A stretch of 64,000 nt of DNA from Escherichia coli (GTDB lineage Bacteria > Pseudomonadota > Gammaproteobacteria > Enterobacterales > Enterobacteriaceae), in NCBI RefSeq assembly GCF_003334255.1, contig NZ_QOWU01000015.1; one strand, 5' to 3'. Of this stretch, positions 59,606 to 64,000 are shown piece by piece. Position 1 is the stretch's first letter. Each line of letters starts with the position of its first letter. The notes beneath the pieces are model-generated. The model was not told where the DNA came from and did no database searches. It was given only the letters and a program-made list of their open reading frames with translations. The translations under genes were made by a program, and so were the position numbers.

Positions 59606-60880
59606 GTGGCAAAAAACATTCAAGCCATTCGCGGCATGAACGATTACCTGCCTGGCGAAACGGCCATCTGGCAGCGCATTGAAGGCACACTGAAAAACGT
59701 GCTCGGCAGCTACGGTTACAGTGAAATCCGCTTGCCGATTGTAGAGCAGACCCCGCTATTCAAACGTGCGATTGGTGAAGTCACCGACGTGGTTGAAAAA
59801 GAGATGTACACCTTTGAGGATCGCAATGGCGACAGCCTGACTCTGCGCCCTGAAGGGACGGCGGGCTGTGTACGCGCCGGCATCGAGCATGGTCTTCTGT
59901 ACAATCAGGAACAGCGTCTGTGGTATATCGGGCCGATGTTCCGTCACGAGCGTCCGCAGAAAGGGCGTTATCGTCAGTTCCATCAGTTGGGCTGCGAAGT
60001 TTTCGGTCTGCAAGGTCCGGATATCGACGCTGAACTGATTATGCTCACTGCCCGCTGGTGGCGCGCGCTGGGTATTTCCGAGCACGTAACTCTTGAGCTG
60101 AACTCTATCGGTTCGCTGGAAGCACGCGCCAATTACCGCGATGCGCTGGTGGCATTCCTTGAGCAGCATAAAGAAAAGCTGGACGAAGACTGCAAACGCC
60201 GCATGTACACTAACCCGCTGCGCGTGCTGGATTCAAAAAATCCGGAAGTGCAGGCGCTTCTCAACGACGCTCCGGCATTAGGTGACTATCTGGACGAGGA
60301 ATCTCGTGAGCATTTTGCCGGTCTGTGCAAACTGCTGGAGAGCGCGGGGATCGCTTACACCGTAAACCAGCGTCTGGTGCGTGGTCTGGATTACTACAAC
60401 CGTACCGTTTTCGAGTGGGTGACTAACAGTCTCGGCTCCCAGGGCACCGTGTGTGCAGGCGGTCGTTATGACGGTCTTGTGGAACAACTGGGCGGTCGTG
60501 CAACACCGGCTGTCGGTTTTGCGATGGGCCTCGAACGTCTTGTATTGTTAGTACAGGCCGTTAATCCGGAATTTAAAGCCGATCCTGTTGTCGATATATA
60601 CCTGGTGGCTTCAGGTGCTGATACACAATCTGCGGCTATGGCATTAGCTGAGCGTCTGCGTGATGAATTACCGGGCGTGAAATTGATGACCAACCACGGC
60701 GGCGGCAACTTTAAGAAACAGTTTGCCCGTGCTGATAAATGGGGTGCCCGCGTTGCTGTGGTGCTGGGTGAGTCTGAAGTGGCTAACGGCACAGCAGTAG
60801 TGAAGGATTTGCGCTCTGGTGAGCAAACGGCAGTTGCGCAGGATAGCGTAGCCGCGCATTTGCGCACGTTACTGGGTTAA
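59606..60880 (+). CDS. hisS: Histidyl-tRNA synthetase, GTG start
   Basis: [26 protein letters not shown]... Confidence 0.96.
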
Positions 60881-60897
60881 GGAAGGAGAAGGACAGC

Positions 60898-61518
60898 GTG
60901 GAAATTTACGAGAACGAAAACGACCAGGTAGAAGCGGTTAAACGCTTTTTTGCTGAAAATGGCAAAGCACTGGCTGTTGGGGTGATTTTGGGCGTTGGCG
61001 CACTGATTGGCTGGCGCTACTGGAACAGCCATCAGGTTGATTCTGCACGCTCCGCTTCTCTTGCCTATCAAAATGCGGTTACCGCAGTGAGCGAAGGCAA
61101 ACCGGATAGCATCCCGGCGGCGGAAAAATTTGCTGCTGAAAATAAAAATACTTATGGTGCGCTGGCTTCTTTGGAACTTGCGCAGCAATTTGTTGACAAA
61201 AATGAACTAGAGAAAGCTGCCGCCCAGTTACAACAGGGGCTGGCAGACACGAGCGATGAAAATCTCAAAGCCGTGATAAATCTGCGTCTTGCTCGCGTTC
61301 AGGTACAGCTCAAGCAGGCTGATGCCGCGCTGAAAACCCTTGATACCATCAAAGGTGAAGGGTGGGCTGCCATTGTTGCCGACCTGCGTGGTGAAGCATT
61401 GCTGAGCAAAGGTGATAAGCAAGGTGCGCGTAGTGCATGGGAAGCAGGCGTGAAAAGCGATGTTACTCCGGCACTGAGCGAAATGATGCAGATGAAAATT
61501 AATAATTTGTCCATCTGA
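60898..61518 (+). CDS. yfgM: YfgM, membrane-anchored TPR-like protein, GTG start
   Basis: 206-aa ORF with one N-terminal TM segment; synteny hisS-yfgM-bamB-der. Confidence 0.9.
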   Translation: MEIYENENDQVEAVKRFFAENGKALAVGVILGVGALIGWRYWNSHQVDSARSASLAYQNAVTAVSEGKPDSIPAAEKFAAENKNTYGALASLELAQQFVDKNELEKAAAQLQQGLADTSDENLKAVINLRLARVQVQLKQADAALKTLDTIKGEGWAAIVADLRGEALLSKGDKQGARSAWEAGVKSDVTPALSEMMQMKINNLSI

Positions 61519-61528
61519 GAGGGACCCG

Positions 61529-62707
61529 ATGCAATTGCGTAAATTACTGCTGCCAGGACTGCTTTCCGTTACCCTTTTAAGCGGCTGTTCGCTGTTTAAC
61601 AGCGAAGAAGATGTGGTAAAGATGTCCCCATTGCCAACCGTTGAAAACCAGTTTACGCCGACCACGGCGTGGAGCACTTCCGTTGGTAGCGGCATTGGCA
61701 ACTTCTATTCCAATCTTCATCCGGCACTGGCGGACAACGTTGTCTATGCAGCGGACCGCGCTGGTTTAGTAAAAGCGCTGAATGCGGATGATGGCAAAGA
61801 AATCTGGTCTGTCAGCCTGGCCGAGAAAGATGGCTGGTTCTCTAAAGAGCCTGCATTACTTTCTGGCGGTGTGACCGTGTCTGGTGGGCATGTCTACATT
61901 GGCAGCGAAAAGGCGCAGGTTTACGCGCTGAATACCAGCGATGGTACTGTGGCATGGCAAACTAAAGTCGCGGGTGAAGCACTTTCGCGCCCGGTGGTCA
62001 GCGACGGTCTGGTGTTAATCCACACCAGTAACGGTCAGTTACAAGCGCTGAACGAAGCTGACGGCGCTGTCAAATGGACAGTTAACCTCGATATGCCTTC
62101 GCTCTCTTTGCGTGGCGAGTCTGCGCCGGCAACGGCTTTTGGTGCGGCCGTCGTGGGGGGCGATAATGGTCGCGTCAGCGCAGTGCTGATGGAACAGGGC
62201 CAGATGATTTGGCAGCAGCGTATTTCCCAGGCGACCGGTTCTACCGAAATTGACCGTCTGAGCGATGTTGACACGACTCCCGTCGTTGTTAACGGCGTTG
62301 TTTTCGCGCTGGCCTATAATGGTAACCTGACGGCGCTTGATCTGCGCAGTGGTCAGATTATGTGGAAACGCGAACTGGGTTCGGTGAATGATTTCATCGT
62401 CGACGGCAATCGCATCTATCTGGTCGATCAAAATGACCGGGTGATGGCGTTGACCATTGATGGCGGCGTTACGCTGTGGACACAAAGCGATCTGCTGCAT
62501 CGCCTGCTGACTTCTCCGGTGCTGTATAATGGCAACCTGGTGGTCGGTGACAGTGAAGGTTATCTGCACTGGATTAACGTCGAAGATGGTCGTTTCGTTG
62601 CCCAGCAAAAAGTTGATAGTTCCGGTTTCCAGACTGAACCGGTTGCCGCTGACGGCAAACTGCTGATCCAGGCAAAAGACGGAACCGTGTACTCTATTAC
62701 ACGTTAA
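61529..62707 (+). CDS. bamB: Outer membrane protein assembly factor BamB (lipoprotein)
   Basis: Lipobox LSGC; repeated PQQ-like beta-propeller blades. Confidence 0.95.
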   Translation: MQLRKLLLPGLLSVTLLSGCSLFNSEEDVVKMSPLPTVENQFTPTTAWSTSVGSGIGNFYSNLHPALADNVVYAADRAGLVKALNADDGKEIWSVSLAEKDGWFSKEPALLSGGVTVSGGHVYIGSEKAQVYALNTSDGTVAWQTKVAGEALSRPVVSDGLVLIHTSNGQLQALNEADGAVKWTVNLDMPSLSLRGESAPATAFGAAVVGGDNGRVSAVLMEQGQMIWQQRISQATGSTEIDRLSDVDTTPVVVNGVVFALAYNGNLTALDLRSGQIMWKRELGSVNDFIVDGNRIYLVDQNDRVMALTIDGGVTLWTQSDLLHRLLTSPVLYNGNLVVGDSEGYLHWINVEDGRFVAQQKVDSSGFQTEPVAADGKLLIQAKDGTVYSITR

Positions 62708-62727
62708 TCGTCTCTGTCGTTCACTTT

Positions 62728-62765
62728 GAAAACGGCTCCTGGACAGGGGCCGTTTTCCTGTTTTT
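62728..62765 (+). terminator. Rho-independent terminator after bamB
   Basis: gaaaacggc...gccgtttt hairpin then cctgttttt. Confidence 0.55.
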
Positions 62766-62824
62766 AACAACGACGCGAATATAGCGTGCGTTGTCTGATG
62801 ATTTATAAAAATGAGGCTTTAAAC

Positions 62825-64000
62825 ATGGTACCTGTGGTCGCGCTTGTCGGGCGCCCTAACGTAGGAAAATCCACGTTATTTAACCGTCTAACTCGCACCC
62901 GAGATGCGCTGGTTGCGGATTTCCCGGGTCTGACTCGTGACCGTAAGTACGGTCGTGCGGAAATTGAAGGCCGTGAGTTTATCTGTATTGATACCGGCGG
63001 GATTGATGGCACAGAAGACGGTGTAGAAACCCGCATGGCGGAACAGTCGCTGCTGGCGATTGAAGAAGCGGACGTCGTACTGTTTATGGTGGATGCGCGC
63101 GCGGGCCTGATGCCGGCAGATGAAGCGATTGCCAAACATCTGCGCTCCCGTGAAAAACCGACCTTCCTGGTGGCAAACAAAACTGACGGTCTGGATCCCG
63201 ATCAGGCAGTGGTTGATTTCTACTCGCTTGGTTTAGGTGAAATCTACCCGATCGCCGCGTCTCACGGTCGTGGCGTATTAAGTCTGCTGGAGCATGTGCT
63301 GCTGCCGTGGATGGAAGATCTCGCACCGCAAGAGGAAGTCGACGAAGACGCTGAATACTGGGCGCAATTTGAAGCGGAAGAGAACGGCGAAGAAGAAGAG
63401 GAAGACGACTTCGACCCGCAAAGTCTGCCGATCAAACTGGCGATTGTGGGTCGTCCGAACGTAGGTAAGTCTACACTCACTAACCGTATTCTTGGTGAAG
63501 AGCGCGTTGTTGTTTACGACATGCCTGGCACGACGCGTGACAGCATCTACATCCCAATGGAACGCGATGGACGTGAGTATGTGCTCATTGACACCGCTGG
63601 CGTACGTAAACGCGGCAAAATCACCGATGCTGTAGAGAAATTCTCCGTAATCAAAACGTTGCAGGCCATTGAAGACGCCAACGTGGTGATGTTAGTGATT
63701 GATGCGCGCGAAGGTATTTCCGATCAGGATCTCTCGCTGCTGGGCTTTATTCTCAATAGTGGGCGCTCACTTGTCATTGTGGTGAATAAGTGGGATGGCC
63801 TGAGTCAGGAAGTGAAAGAGCAGGTGAAAGAAACGCTGGACTTCCGTCTGGGCTTTATCGATTTTGCTCGTGTGCACTTTATCTCTGCCTTGCACGGCAG
63901 TGGTGTTGGTAACTTGTTTGAATCAGTACGTGAAGCGTATGACAGCTCCACCCGTCGTGTGGGGACCTCTATGCTGACGCGCATCATGACGATGGCTGTT
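62825..64000 (+). CDS. der: GTPase Der/EngA, 3'-truncated by the window end
   Basis: [22 protein letters not shown]...; second G domain [13 protein letters not shown]; no stop before 64000. Confidence 0.93.

Noticed and set aside
62039-62770. 243-aa antisense ORF within bamB
   Set aside because: Shadow ORF; bamB has a lipobox signal peptide and the expected beta-propeller repeats on the sense strand.

Overview
This 64 kb window reads as a contiguous, syntenic stretch of Escherichia coli (K-12-like) core chromosome, with no prophage, IS element, integron or CRISPR array that I can support. Gene calls rest on recognising the translated ORFs and on conserved gene order, not on any database search. 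In order: a ShoB-like small toxin ORF, yfhL, yfhH, pgpC, tadA, mltF, purL, the sRNA glmY with its sigma54 promoter, glrK-yfhG(qseG)-glrR, glnB, hmp, glyA, the poorly characterised yphH-yphA sugar-transport cluster, the hcaEFCBD/hcaR/hcaT 3-phenylpropionate operon, csiE, yfhR, suhB, trmJ, the iscRSUA-hscBA-fdx-iscX Fe-S cluster operon, pepB, sseB, sseA, yfhM-pbpC, ndk, rlmN, rodZ, ispG, hisS, yfgM, bamB and a 3'-truncated der. Several intergenic regions carry REP/RIP palindromic repeats. I did not find a convincing previously undescribed system. The loci most worth a second look are the 817-bp sseB-sseA intergenic region (a 41-codon hydrophobic ORF plus two tandem sRNA-like modules, resembling a type I toxin-antitoxin locus), the ShoB-like ORF at the left edge that lacks a canonical start codon, and the uncharacterised yph cluster with its 1093-aa YphG. 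Coordinates I derived by hand from the sequence lines may be off by about 1 nt.
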